Assembly: GCA_002316295.1 (NCBI GenBank) | Contig: DCDF01000173.1 | Location: 1-59,918 of the forward strand | DNA length: 59,918 nt | Reading direction: 5' to 3' | DNA from: Syntrophaceae bacterium UBA1062 | GTDB taxonomy: Bacteria; Desulfobacterota; Desulfomonilia; UBA1062 | In this document: in pieces, positions 8,874 to 18,377 of the stretch | How the letters are laid out: the number at the start of each line of letters is the position of its first letter | How positions within the stretch are numbered: position 1 is the first letter of the stretch | Program-made: the position numbers and the translations under genes | The notes under the pieces: model-generated | Seen by the model: the letters and a program-made list of their open reading frames with translations, nothing else | The model's database searches: none | What the model was told of the DNA's origin: nothing

Positions 8874-9283
8874 AGCTCCTCGATGATGAAGAGCTGATCG
8901 CCGTAGCCCACCCGTTCTCCATCCTGCTTGAGGATGGCGGTCACGACCCCGTCGATCTGAGACTCGATCTCGTTCATGAGCTTCATGGCTTCGATGACGC
9001 AGAGCACCTGGTCTTTCTTGACTCGGTCTCCCACCTGGACAAAGGGCTGTGTTTCCGGTGAGGCCGAGCGATAAAAGGTACCCACGAGAGGCGACGTAAC
9101 AGTGACCGTGGGCTTTTCGGCCTGTACGGCCCTGCTCTTTTCCTGCTCCCTGCTCCGGGCCGCGGTCCTGTCCGGCTGGCCTGCGGCGCGGATGATGTGG
9201 ATTCTCTCGGGAGTCCACTCGATCTCCACCACGTCGGTGTTTTTGATCAGCTCCAAGAGTTCCTTGACAATCTTGAGATTCAT
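8870..9283 (-). CDS. accB: Biotin carboxyl carrier protein (AccB-type)
   Basis: 137 aa with an AccB-like N-terminal domain, a Pro/Ala/charged linker and the biotinyl domain with the EAMKLMNEIES attachment motif. Confidence 0.9.
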   Translation of the reverse strand: MNLKIVKELLELIKNTDVVEIEWTPERIHIIRAAGQPDRTAARSREQEKSRAVQAEKPTVTVTSPLVGTFYRSASPETQPFVQVGDRVKKDQVLCVIEAMKLMNEIESQIDGVVTAILKQDGERVGYGDQLFIIEEL

Positions 9284-9847
9284 TTAGCTCACTCTTTCGA
9301 TATAGGCCTTGGTGCGGGTATCCACCTTGATCACATCTCCCTCGCTGATAAAGAGGGGCACCTGAACCGTAACGCCGGTTTCGAGCTTCGCGGGCTTGGA
9401 GCCGCCGGATGCGGTGTTGCCCCGAATGCCCGGGTCGGTCTCGGCTACGGCGAGCTCGAGGAACATGGGCAGATCGATCCCGATCGGAGCGCCATTGTGA
9501 AAGAGGATGCCCACCTCCACGTTCTCCTTGAGAAACCCGATGGCGTCTTCGATGTGGTCCTCGGAAAGGTTCATCTGCTCAAAGGTCTGGGTATCCATGA
9601 ACCAGTATCCTGAATCGTCCTGGTAGAGAAAGCTCATTTTCCGCTCCTCGAGGTTTGGCACGTCCACTTTTTCGCCGGACCGGAATGTTTTTTCCAGAAC
9701 ATTACCCGTGATGAGGCTCTTCATCCGGGTGCGCACGAATGCACCGCCCTTACCGGGCTTGACGTGCTGAAAGTCGACGATGGTAAACGGTTCTCCGTCC
9801 AGTTCTATTTTCAATCCCTTACGGAACTGTGCGGTTGAGTACTGCAT
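9284..9847 (-). CDS. efp: Elongation factor P
   Basis: 187 aa. The N-terminus MQYSTAQFRKGLKIELDGEPFTIVDFQHVKPGKGGAFVRTRMK contains the conserved KPGKG loop. Confidence 0.95.
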   Translation of the reverse strand: MQYSTAQFRKGLKIELDGEPFTIVDFQHVKPGKGGAFVRTRMKSLITGNVLEKTFRSGEKVDVPNLEERKMSFLYQDDSGYWFMDTQTFEQMNLSEDHIEDAIGFLKENVEVGILFHNGAPIGIDLPMFLELAVAETDPGIRGNTASGGSKPAKLETGVTVQVPLFISEGDVIKVDTRTKAYIERVS

Positions 9848-9858
9848 ACATCTCTCTC

Positions 9859-10929
9859 CTACGTGATGACTTTTATGGCTTCCTTATCAATATTTGTAAT
9901 TCGCTTGCAAGAATTATCTGTTATCACGAACATATCCTCCAGCCGTATCCCGAATTTTCCCGGAAGATAGACCCCGGGCTCGATGGTGATGACCATACCT
10001 TCCTCGAGGGTGTCTTTCGAGATGGAGGACACGATAGGCATCTCGTGCACCTCCATGCCCACCCCATGGCCGAGGCTGTGTCCGAAGTATGCGCCCAGGC
10101 CGACCGAATCGAGGCGATCCCGCGCCAGCTTGTCGATGGAGGAAGCCTTCACTCCCGGAGCGAGGGCCGCTATGGCCAGCGACTGGGCCTCCAGCACGTG
10201 CCGGTAGGCCGCCGCGAACTCCCCGCCTGCGTCGCCGGTGCAGACGGTGACGGTCTGATCTGAAGAATAGCCCGCGTAAGTGCAGCCGAAGTCGATCACC
10301 ACGGGCTCGTTCTCCCGGATGATCTTTGCGGATGCGGCGCCGTGGGGCATCGCGGAGCGGGGACCCGACGCCACGATGATCTCGAAGGACGAACTGCTCG
10401 CGCCGAGCCTGCGCATCGCGCACTCGAGGTCAAAGGCGATGTCCGCCTCCCTGCGGCCGACGAGCCCCTGCGCCAGGACCTCGTCGAGCGCCTTCTCAGA
10501 AATTCGCGCCGCCTCGCGGATCAGTGAAACCTCGCCCGGATCCTTCACGGCGCGGAGATACTTGAGCTGGCCGCCGAGCGGAGTCATCTCGATGCCCTTG
10601 AGCAGGTCCTTGAGCAGGAGAAAGGTATCGACATCCACGACATTGGACTCGATGCCCAGGGTCGCGATGCCGAGCGACTTCAGGTGCTCGTAGATTTCTT
10701 CCCAGCGCTTCCTGATCTCGTGCACCCTGGCCGTTGACTCTTCCTGAGCCTGAAGGGTGTTGCGCGAATCCACGAAGATGTCGGTGTGCGACTCCGTATA
10801 GACCGCCACGGCGTCCGAGCCCGTGTATCCGGTGACATAGGTGACGTTCGGCCGCGAGGAGAGGAGGATGGCATCCAGCCCCTTGAGAAAGGATCGCGCC
10901 CTATCGATTCTTTGTGCGGAGTAACTCAT
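9859..10929 (-). CDS. pepP: Xaa-Pro aminopeptidase / M24B family peptidase
   Basis: 356 aa with a creatinase-like N-domain and a pita-bread fold carrying the metal-ligand motifs [12 protein letters not shown] and [13 protein letters not shown]. Confidence 0.85.
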   Translation of the reverse strand: MSYSAQRIDRARSFLKGLDAILLSSRPNVTYVTGYTGSDAVAVYTESHTDIFVDSRNTLQAQEESTARVHEIRKRWEEIYEHLKSLGIATLGIESNVVDVDTFLLLKDLLKGIEMTPLGGQLKYLRAVKDPGEVSLIREAARISEKALDEVLAQGLVGRREADIAFDLECAMRRLGASSSSFEIIVASGPRSAMPHGAASAKIIRENEPVVIDFGCTYAGYSSDQTVTVCTGDAGGEFAAAYRHVLEAQSLAIAALAPGVKASSIDKLARDRLDSVGLGAYFGHSLGHGVGMEVHEMPIVSSISKDTLEEGMVITIEPGVYLPGKFGIRLEDMFVITDNSCKRITNIDKEAIKVIT

Positions 10930-11347
10930 GGAGAGCCTCTATTCCCAGGATGTACCCGTACGGGCCGAGCCCGGAGATGGTGCCCAAGGCGATGTCGGAA
11001 AACAGGTTTTTCTGCCGGAACGGCTCACGCGCCGCCACATTGCTGATGTGGACCTCCACGAATGGAATGTCGACTGCGAGCAGGGCATCGCGGATAGCGA
11101 CCGACGTGTGGGTGTATCCTCCCGGATTGATGAGGATGCCGCAGGATTGCGAGATCGCCGCTGCGTGTATCTTCTCGATGATCTCTCCTTCGTGATTCGA
11201 CTGGAAGGCCTCCAGCTCGATGCCGAGCTCGCGAGCCCTTTTCTGCGTGCGGGCCTCGATCTCGGGCAGGCTCGTACGGCCGTAGAGCGCGGTTTCGCGG
11301 GTGCCGAGCAGGTTGAGGTTGGGCCCGTTGATCATCAGAATCTTCAT
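10901..11347 (-). CDS. aroQ: 3-dehydroquinate dehydratase, type II
   Basis: 148 aa. [23 protein letters not shown] and the HISN motif are diagnostic. Confidence 0.92.
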   Translation of the reverse strand: MKILMINGPNLNLLGTRETALYGRTSLPEIEARTQKRARELGIELEAFQSNHEGEIIEKIHAAAISQSCGILINPGGYTHTSVAIRDALLAVDIPFVEVHISNVAAREPFRQKNLFSDIALGTISGLGPYGYILGIEALHELLRTKNR

Positions 11348-11859
11348 CTTCGCATCCTTTCAAGCCACCCTTCGAGGGTCTTGATGAGGTGCATTCTCTG
11401 CACCCTGTCCGCCTCGCGGCTCACCTGGGGATCGCAGGCGGATGTTTTCAGGAGGTGCGAGTAGATCTCCAGCGCCTGCCGGTAGTGCCCCTGGCCGGCG
11501 TAGATCCGCGCGAGCTCGGGAGACGCCTCATTCATGAGGGGCGCCTCGTCCTGGTCCTCCTGCAGGAGGTCGAGCGCCTCGTCGTCGTCCGGATAAAAAG
11601 AAAGGTAGCTCTCCAGGCACGACCGTGCGGCCTCTTCGTCTCCTCTGCCTCGGTGCATGAGAGCCATGTAGTAGTATGCCCTGGCGAGCTCTCTCACTCT
11701 TTCGATAATCCCTGAGAGCACTGCCATGGCATCGGTTTCGCGTCCTACCTTGAAGAGCGATATCCCGACCATGAGATCCTCTTCGGGGGTGCGGCTCTCA
11801 GGTGCGGCGTCGGCGATCTCGAGAAACTTTCCCTGCTCAAATGCTTTTCTGATATCCAT
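11344..11859 (-). CDS. TPR-repeat protein
   Basis: TPR-like helical repeats ([55 protein letters not shown]). The start is placed at MDIRKAF (ATG 11859). The longer start at 11922 would overlap aroKB more deeply. Confidence 0.6.
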   Translation of the reverse strand: MDIRKAFEQGKFLEIADAAPESRTPEEDLMVGISLFKVGRETDAMAVLSGIIERVRELARAYYYMALMHRGRGDEEAARSCLESYLSFYPDDDEALDLLQEDQDEAPLMNEASPELARIYAGQGHYRQALEIYSHLLKTSACDPQVSREADRVQRMHLIKTLEGWLERMRR

Positions 11860-13411
11860 CAGCGAATCTCTGATAAGCCTCCAGCACTTCAATTTCAGTA
11901 AGTTTTTGTACGCTAACACCACCGATGTATGGTGTCAACACAAAGTGGACGCCCCCTTTTCCGCCCTTTTTGTCGATCCCGAGCGCCTGTTCCAACTCCG
12001 CCGCAGGAGGAAGCGCCAGGTTTTTGGGCAGGAGCCGCTCGCGCATCATGAGATCCATGATGCGTCTCAGATCTGCCGGAGGCAACATGCCCCTGTCATG
12101 GGAGAGCCAGGACGCGAAGGCCATGCCCACCGCCACAGCCTGGCCGTGGCTCACGGAATAACCGGTCGATCTCTCTATCGCGTGGCCAAGCGTGTGGCCG
12201 AAATTCAGGATTCTCCTCAGGCCTTCCTCCTTCTCATCGCGGGCAACCACCCGTGCCTTGACGGACGCGCACATCCGGACGATCCTCTCGTAGTCGAACG
12301 GGGGCCCGGCCTCGAGGTATTCGAAGAGCGGAGCATCGGTGATGATACCGTATTTGACCGCCTCGGCCATGGCGCTCATGATTTCAGTATCATCCAACGT
12401 AGCGAGAAAATCGATATCGCACACCACCATCAGGGGCTGGTGGAACGTACCGATGAGGTTCTTGCCGCATGCGTGGTTGACCGCGGTCTTTCCCCCGATG
12501 CCGGAGTCGATCTGGGCGAGCAGGGTGGTCGCGGCCTGGATGACCGGGATGCCCCGCATGTATATGCTTGCGGCGAACCCGGCAAGATCGCCGGTCACTC
12601 CTCCCCCTATCGCCAGGCACACCCACTGCCGGCTGACTCTGCACGAAAACATGGCGTCGAGCGCGTCGTTCAGAAACGCCATTGACTTCGACCGCTCGCC
12701 CGCGGGCACGGCCATGAAATGTGTCCGGTATCCTCTGATGGCTTCTTTGACCGCATCGCCATGAATGCGCAGGACGTTCTCGTCGATCATGACAAAGAGT
12801 CCCTCAGGGCGTGTGTGCCTCTCGAGCAGAGGAATGATCTTCCGGAAAACGCCGCTTCCGATATGTATGGGGTACGGGCGGTCCGGAAGGATGACTCCCA
12901 CGGGCCTGGGAAGCCCGGGCAGGGCTTTCACGATCTCGTGAGCGATATCTTGGGCCGTTCTGCCGTCAATGTCCACAGCGAGGTCCGCGTCTTCATAGGC
13001 GGGTATTCTCTTTTTAAGCAGATCGCGTGCGCCGCTGTTCCACAGGGGCCTGCTCCCGTCCTGGGCTATGCGCAACTCCAGGTTTTCGAAAGAGGACTTC
13101 AAATACACGATCGATCCGCACGACTTCATGAGCTTCCGGTTCAGCGGGCTGACCGGCAGTCCGCCGCCCGTCGCTACGATGCAGGAGGGGCCGCCTTGTG
13201 CGGCGGTCTCCTTCAGGGCGGTGTCTTCCAGGGCTCGAAACGCCTCTTCGCCCGCGCAGCGGAAGATGTCCGCGATCGATGTCCCGCTCTTGCGTGCGAT
13301 GACTTCGTCAAGGTCGACAAAGGGCGCGCCGGTCCGGTGGGCGAGATCTTCCCCAACCGTGGTTTTGCCTGAGCCCATGAATCCGGTGAGAAAGATCACA
13401 GCGACTCCCAA
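11837..13411 (-). CDS. aroKB: Bifunctional shikimate kinase / 3-dehydroquinate synthase
   Basis: The N-terminal P-loop GFMGSGKTTVG matches shikimate kinase. The C-terminal ~350 aa matches DHQ synthase (GGGVTGDLAGFAASIYMRGIPVIQAATTLLAQIDSGIGGKTAVNH, HTLGHAIE). Confidence 0.9.
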   Translation of the reverse strand: MGVAVIFLTGFMGSGKTTVGEDLAHRTGAPFVDLDEVIARKSGTSIADIFRCAGEEAFRALEDTALKETAAQGGPSCIVATGGGLPVSPLNRKLMKSCGSIVYLKSSFENLELRIAQDGSRPLWNSGARDLLKKRIPAYEDADLAVDIDGRTAQDIAHEIVKALPGLPRPVGVILPDRPYPIHIGSGVFRKIIPLLERHTRPEGLFVMIDENVLRIHGDAVKEAIRGYRTHFMAVPAGERSKSMAFLNDALDAMFSCRVSRQWVCLAIGGGVTGDLAGFAASIYMRGIPVIQAATTLLAQIDSGIGGKTAVNHACGKNLIGTFHQPLMVVCDIDFLATLDDTEIMSAMAEAVKYGIITDAPLFEYLEAGPPFDYERIVRMCASVKARVVARDEKEEGLRRILNFGHTLGHAIERSTGYSVSHGQAVAVGMAFASWLSHDRGMLPPADLRRIMDLMMRERLLPKNLALPPAAELEQALGIDKKGGKGGVHFVLTPYIGGVSVQKLTEIEVLEAYQRFADGYQKSI

Positions 13412-14529
13412 TAGGCGCGGTGGCTCTCGAACGCTTCCTTCACGGCCGCCATGGCGGGGAGCCCGAAGCTGAGCAGGACCGCCTGGCTCGCGGCAATGAT
13501 CACGGCCGCTTCCCCCACCACCGACGCGGCGGGCACAGCGCAGCAGTCCGACCGCTCATACTGAGCATGAACCGCGGCGCCGGTGCGGATATCGACAGAT
13601 CGCAGGCCCTTTTTCAGGGTAGGGATAGGCTTCATACTGCAGCGCATCTCGATCGGCTGGCCGTTGGACACCCCTCCCTCGATGCCTCCTGCGTTGTTGG
13701 TGTTGCGCCTCTTCGGCGATCCGGGGAAAATCTCGTCGTGCACCAGCGAGCCGGGAAGCTCTGCGGCTTCGGTCCCGATGCCCGTCTGCACCGCCTTGAT
13801 CCCGGGGATGGACATGAGCTGGGCGGCCAGCAGGGTGTCGAGGCGCTGGTCCCACTGAGTGTACGAGCCGATGCCAGCGGGCATGCCCCTGAGCACCACC
13901 CTGAACTCGCCGCCGAGGGTGTCTCCCTGCTCCATGGCCGCATCGACCAGGCGTTCCATGGCTGCGGTAGCGTCTCTGTCCGGGCAGAACACGCTGGAGG
14001 AATCTCTGAGTCCGCGGTCGTATTCGCCCGAGAACTCAACGTCCCCGATCCTCGTCACCCATGAATATATCTCCACACCGAGCTCGTCGAGCAGGCACCT
14101 GAGAAGCCCTCCGGCTGCAACCCTGCCCGCGGTCTCCCGGGCGCTCGAACGCTCAAGCACGTTCCTCAAATCCGCTTGACGGAACCGCGCGGCGCCGGCA
14201 AGGTCGGCATGACCCGGCCTCGGAGTATGGAGCTCTCTGCCCGGAGAGATATCCCACGGGTCCATGTATCCCTTCCAGTTCTCGAAGTCCCTGTTCCACA
14301 CCGCCAGGAGGATCGGACCGCCCAGGGTGCGGCCCCCTCTGACGCCCGAGAGCACGTCCACCCGGTCATCTTCGATGGCCATCCTTCCTCCCCTGCCGTA
14401 GCCTTTCTGGCGCCGGCTCAGGTCGGAGTCGATGATCTCCCTGTCTACCTTCAGGCCCGCAGGAATGCCGTCCAGAAAGGCGAACACGCCCCTGCCGTGA
14501 GACTCTCCGGCGGTATAAAACGTAAGCAT
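13396..14529 (-). CDS. aroC: Chorismate synthase
   Basis: Starts at MLTFYTAGESHGRG (ATG 14529, SD GGGGAGG upstream). Family signatures are present throughout (GRSSARETA-like SSARETAGRV, GGxSNG). Confidence 0.92.
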   Translation of the reverse strand: MLTFYTAGESHGRGVFAFLDGIPAGLKVDREIIDSDLSRRQKGYGRGGRMAIEDDRVDVLSGVRGGRTLGGPILLAVWNRDFENWKGYMDPWDISPGRELHTPRPGHADLAGAARFRQADLRNVLERSSARETAGRVAAGGLLRCLLDELGVEIYSWVTRIGDVEFSGEYDRGLRDSSSVFCPDRDATAAMERLVDAAMEQGDTLGGEFRVVLRGMPAGIGSYTQWDQRLDTLLAAQLMSIPGIKAVQTGIGTEAAELPGSLVHDEIFPGSPKRRNTNNAGGIEGGVSNGQPIEMRCSMKPIPTLKKGLRSVDIRTGAAVHAQYERSDCCAVPAASVVGEAAVIIAASQAVLLSFGLPAMAAVKEAFESHRAYWESL

Positions 14530-14558
14530 CGAACCTCCCCGGTCATTCAATTTCAGGG

Positions 14559-14588
14559 ATTATCGGGGATTCGCCGCCTGTTTGTCAA
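14559..14588 (-). promoter_or_regulatory. Candidate sigma70-type promoter of the aroC operon
   Basis: The minus strand reads TTGACA (14588-14583), an 18-nt spacer, then GATAAT (14564-14559), about 30 nt upstream of the aroC ATG. Confidence 0.4.
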
Positions 14589-14665
14589 CCGGTCTGAAAG
14601 CGTGTTGCCTGAAACACGCTCTCATGATAAAAACATCCGAAAAACATCCGGTGAAAGGAGCACTT

Positions 14666-14863
14666 ATGCTGTCGAAAAGCGGGAAGAAGCTCGAGGAAAT
14701 CATCAAGAAGGCCATTGAGGATCATGTGATAACGACCTCCGAGTACGAGGAGATCATCGCAATGGCGAACGAAGACGGTGTGATCGATGCGCACGAGAGG
14801 GTGCTCCTGCAGCAGCTCAACGACATGATCGCAGACAGGACCGTCAAGCGCATTGCAGGGTAG
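14666..14863 (+). CDS. Small hypothetical protein (65 aa)
   Basis: ATG 14666 is preceded by the SD AAAGGAG. The sequence is helical and acidic (…EYEEIIAMANEDGVIDAHERVLLQQLNDMI). No family is confidently recognised. Confidence 0.5.
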   Translation: MLSKSGKKLEEIIKKAIEDHVITTSEYEEIIAMANEDGVIDAHERVLLQQLNDMIADRTVKRIAG

Positions 14864-14890
14864 TGCATTGACGAAAAGGAAAGACAGGGG

Positions 14891-14938
14891 GGCGTTTCCA
14901 TTGCTCGGCGGGGCCAAAAAACGGAAACGCCTCTTTTT
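14891..14938 (+). terminator. Intrinsic-terminator-like hairpin between convergent genes
   Basis: GGCGTTTCC (14891-14899) pairs with GGAAACGCC (14923-14931) and is followed by TCTTTTT. It sits between the small + strand CDS and the acyl-CoA dehydrogenase stop. The loop is unusually long (23 nt). Confidence 0.45.
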
Positions 14939-14975
14939 GTCCTGAAGATATCGTATCTCTTGCGGCGCCCTTGAT

Positions 14976-16136
14976 TTATTTGCCCTGATTGAACCTTCTT
15001 CCGTAAATCATGCTCGCCATGGTGATCTTGAGCATCTGTAGCGTTCCTCCGGCGACGCTCCACGCCCTGCCGTCTCTGAACATCCTCTCGATGGGGAATT
15101 CCTTGCTGTATCCATATCCCCCGAAGATCTGCATGGCCCGGCCGGTGATGTCCATCACCATCTCGTTCGCATAGCATTTCCCCATAGATGCCTCATAGAT
15201 CGAAGGCAGTCCTTTCCCGGCCCCTGTGGCCGCCCGGTAAACCAGCAGACGTGCGGCTTCGAGCTTCATGGTCATATCCACCACCGCAAATTGAATATCC
15301 TGGAACTCGCATATGGGACGACCGAACGCTCTGCGCTCCTGAGAGTACTTAACCGCCTCTTCGATCGCCCCTGCCGCCACGCCGAGGCACATCGCGGCAT
15401 TTCCGCACCGCTCGATGTCAAACGTGGTCATGAGCTTCTTGAACTCGCCCTTGCCGATGATCAGGTTTTTCTTGGGAATGCGGACATCCTCGAAAATGAG
15501 ATCGCACGAGGGCATGCCTCTCAAGCCCATGAACTCTTCCTGTTTCCCGAAGGTGAACCCTGGCGTACCCTTTTCAACCAGCACGCCGCATATGCCTTTG
15601 TATCCGGGCACATCCTTGTAGCGCGCATAAACCAGATAGTGGCTGGCGTGGCCGCCGCCGGTTATGAATGTCTTGCGCCCGTTCAGGATGAGCTCGTCCC
15701 CGTCCTCCACGATATGTGTCGTGAGAGCCGTGAGATCGGAGCCGGCCCCGGGCTCTGTCATGCATACGGACACACTGTATTCTCCCCTGCACACGCCGGG
15801 TATTATGCGGCTCTTGTGCTCGTGCGATCCGAAGATGTCGATCACCCTCACCGCCCCCACACTCGATTCGAACACCGGTGCTGCGATGAGCGGGCTGAAC
15901 TTGGCGAGCTCCTCGATAGTGATCAGGGCATTCAGCGCCGGCTGCCCGCCGCCCCCGTATTCGGGCGAGAGGGTCATTCCGAGAAGGCCCATCCGGCCGA
16001 ACTTATCCATGAGCGCTTGAGGAAACTCGGCTCTGGCATCGATCTGCGCGGCCATCTGCTTGAAATTTTCCCGCTTTCCCATTGTCCGGATCGTATCGAT
16101 CAATATGAGTTGTTCATCAGAAAAATTGAAATCCAT
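14976..16136 (-). CDS. Acyl-CoA dehydrogenase
   Basis: 386 aa with the full ACAD architecture (N-terminal helical, middle beta and C-terminal helical domains) and a catalytic Glu region near the C-terminus. Confidence 0.9.
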   Translation of the reverse strand: MDFNFSDEQLILIDTIRTMGKRENFKQMAAQIDARAEFPQALMDKFGRMGLLGMTLSPEYGGGGQPALNALITIEELAKFSPLIAAPVFESSVGAVRVIDIFGSHEHKSRIIPGVCRGEYSVSVCMTEPGAGSDLTALTTHIVEDGDELILNGRKTFITGGGHASHYLVYARYKDVPGYKGICGVLVEKGTPGFTFGKQEEFMGLRGMPSCDLIFEDVRIPKKNLIIGKGEFKKLMTTFDIERCGNAAMCLGVAAGAIEEAVKYSQERRAFGRPICEFQDIQFAVVDMTMKLEAARLLVYRAATGAGKGLPSIYEASMGKCYANEMVMDITGRAMQIFGGYGYSKEFPIERMFRDGRAWSVAGGTLQMLKITMASMIYGRRFNQGK

Positions 16137-16174
16137 GGTGCCTCCGTTTCACGTCTGTTGTCTTGCTCCATCTC

Positions 16175-17551
16175 TCACATGATGCGTGCCAGTTCGCCGA
16201 TATCTTGTACTTTTTCGAGGTTCAGAATCATGTCTATGACCCGATCGACATTCTTGTTGTCTCGATTCGCCGCGAACTTCCTGACCTTGAGCGAGAGGGT
16301 TTCATCTCCCATGGGGTCTCTCGGGTCTCCGGAAGGGATATCGATCTGCCGGGATAATTTCCTGCCGCCCTCAAGGATTATTTCGACCCGGCTCGCCGTC
16401 TTGTCGGGATACATTGCGTTGAGGACCTCATCCTGATGCACCTTGACCTTCCCGGCAAGCTCCATCACCACGGGGTCGGCGAGCCGCCTTTCCGTAAGCT
16501 GCCTGGGACCGAACTCTTTGTCGATCAGGCAGACGGCGGCGACATATGGAATGGAAAACTGAGCCGAAACGATCGAGCAATTCCGCTCGACCCCTTTTCC
16601 TACAGCGATCTGGGCAATGCCGTAGGTGTACACGTTGACGTCCATCACCTCACGCGGGGCGATCCGGTTTTCATGGACAAGCTCGAGAACCGCCTGAGCC
16701 GTACCGTGCGTATGGCGGCATGCGGGATATGGTTTGAAATATACGTCCATGATGGAAAACGCCTCACCGAGGCCCGCGGTGATTCTCTCGAGATCGGGTT
16801 TCCCGCTGGTCCTGGCAGTCGTGATCTGGGTGAATCCTCCATGGTAGGCCGAGCCTTCGAGCACGCATGGCATTCCGGTAATGCCCGCGCCGGCAAGGCC
16901 TGCAGCCATTATCCCCGAGCTTGCAGCCTGCCCTCCCTGGACGATTTTCACGGTGCGCCCTTCCATGAGCTGTTCGGCCATGGACAGGGGGGCGAGGTAT
17001 CCGGCGTTTCCCAAGGCATTGAGCATCAGCTCGTTGTCATGGCCCAAAAGCTTCGCAGCCGCCGCGGCCGCGCCGAAGGTGCCGCTCGTTCCGGTAGGAA
17101 GGAACCCGGAGAGTGTATGGTGCGGGTGCATCGATGCGGAAATCCGATTCGCGACTTCATACCCCACCACGACCGCCTCAATGAGTTCGCTGCCGCCCTT
17201 CCCCGCTCTCTCGGCAACGGCGAGCGCGGCAGGGATCACCGCCACGCCTGCATGGTTGCCCCCGAACCGCAGCCCGTCCTGGGCCTCGATGGCCTCGGCC
17301 AGAGTGCCGTTCAGGAAGGCCGCGTTCTGGATGTCGGTCTTGAATCCGAATCCCAGGACCGTCGCTCCGGGGGTGTTTCCCAGAGACTTGATGTAAGCAG
17401 CTGTCCTGTTCACCGCGTCGAGCTCGAGCGATCCGTATATGCTTGCCGCAAAATCCAGGACGCACTGCTTCGCCTTGTGCACCACCCTGGCGGGCAAGCC
17501 GTCCATGGAGGCTGCGCTGCAGAACTCGGCAAGCCTTTTGGTGTACTCCAT
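16175..17551 (-). CDS. MmgE/PrpD family protein (2-methylcitrate dehydratase superfamily)
   Basis: 458 aa. The length and N-terminal pattern (LAEFCSAASMDGLPARVVHKAKQCVLDFAA) are typical of MmgE/PrpD. Confidence 0.85.
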   Translation of the reverse strand: MEYTKRLAEFCSAASMDGLPARVVHKAKQCVLDFAASIYGSLELDAVNRTAAYIKSLGNTPGATVLGFGFKTDIQNAAFLNGTLAEAIEAQDGLRFGGNHAGVAVIPAALAVAERAGKGGSELIEAVVVGYEVANRISASMHPHHTLSGFLPTGTSGTFGAAAAAAKLLGHDNELMLNALGNAGYLAPLSMAEQLMEGRTVKIVQGGQAASSGIMAAGLAGAGITGMPCVLEGSAYHGGFTQITTARTSGKPDLERITAGLGEAFSIMDVYFKPYPACRHTHGTAQAVLELVHENRIAPREVMDVNVYTYGIAQIAVGKGVERNCSIVSAQFSIPYVAAVCLIDKEFGPRQLTERRLADPVVMELAGKVKVHQDEVLNAMYPDKTASRVEIILEGGRKLSRQIDIPSGDPRDPMGDETLSLKVRKFAANRDNKNVDRVIDMILNLEKVQDIGELARIM

Positions 17552-17560
17552 GGCCTCCTC

Positions 17561-18355
17561 CTAAATATATCCGCGATTTTCGTATATCTTGATCATTCTC
17601 GCAGGGTCGATGAGCCTCAGGGCTTTCATTTCCGCTTCGGTGGGAGGCTCAGTCTCATGGACGTCCGGGGATACCGCCAGGGGCCACGGCGTCAGCTTCA
17701 GAATCTCCTCGACAGAGCTTCCCGGGTGATATGAGGCGAGATACGCCTCCTTTGTCGTATCATCGAATCTCATCACCGCCTTGTTCGTGATGATGACATG
17801 CGGACCGGTGTCCGGAGGGAGTCCGATCTTCTCCCTGGCACCAGGACCGTCCAGATACCCGGGCGTGGTGATGAAATCGACCCGTTCTGACAGCCTGCGC
17901 GTATCGTGCAGCGTCACGATCAGCGTCCTTTTGGCCAGCGCGCTGATGGGACTCGCCCCACCGCTTCCCGGCAGCCTGTTTTTAGGAGCGAGGTAATCAC
18001 CGATGACGGTCGTATTGATGTTGCCGTATTTATCCACCTGGCTGCCGGAGAGAAATCCGACATTCACATACCCGGCCTGGAGCATCATGCCCATGACCTC
18101 GACGAGCCCTCCGATCATGGCCGCTCCGGGATTCAGGCAGGGGTCGCCCACCGAGAGAGCCGGCCTCTTTGGCCTGGCGTCATACACGCCTGACTCCTGC
18201 ACCATCATAGAATGAGGGGCGTGTGTATGTTTCGCAATGTTGGCCGCCATGGCGGGAAAGCCGGTACCCACAATGACGAGGTCATAATCGCGGATTTCGC
18301 GCGATCCGCAGCAGGCCATCAACTCAGGCTTGATATAGTTCGCGTGATTTTCCAT
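17561..18355 (-). CDS. CoA-transferase subunit B (glutaconate/3-oxoacid CoA-transferase family I)
   Basis: Starts at MENHANY (ATG 18355, SD AAAGGAGA). Subunit-B-like sequence with the SGGASP/ESG-type region. Confidence 0.85.
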   Translation of the reverse strand: MENHANYIKPELMACCGSREIRDYDLVIVGTGFPAMAANIAKHTHAPHSMMVQESGVYDARPKRPALSVGDPCLNPGAAMIGGLVEVMGMMLQAGYVNVGFLSGSQVDKYGNINTTVIGDYLAPKNRLPGSGGASPISALAKRTLIVTLHDTRRLSERVDFITTPGYLDGPGAREKIGLPPDTGPHVIITNKAVMRFDDTTKEAYLASYHPGSSVEEILKLTPWPLAVSPDVHETEPPTEAEMKALRLIDPARMIKIYENRGYI

Positions 18356-18377
18356 ACGTTCTCCTTTTTGCGGGGCG

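Noticed and set aside
8874-9218. N-terminal 115 codons of the longest LplA-like ORF (starting at 9218).
   Set aside because: This part lies entirely inside accB on the same strand in another frame. It is Arg/Gly/His-rich and precedes the natural MSAWELV start, which is coupled to the accB stop.
14599-14620. Perfect 8-bp-stem hairpin AGCGTGTT-GCCTGA-AACACGCT between the aroC promoter and the small + strand gene.
   Set aside because: No U-tract follows on either strand, and it lies upstream of both divergent start sites. It cannot be assigned as a terminator or a known regulatory RNA, so it is noted only as a possible operator.
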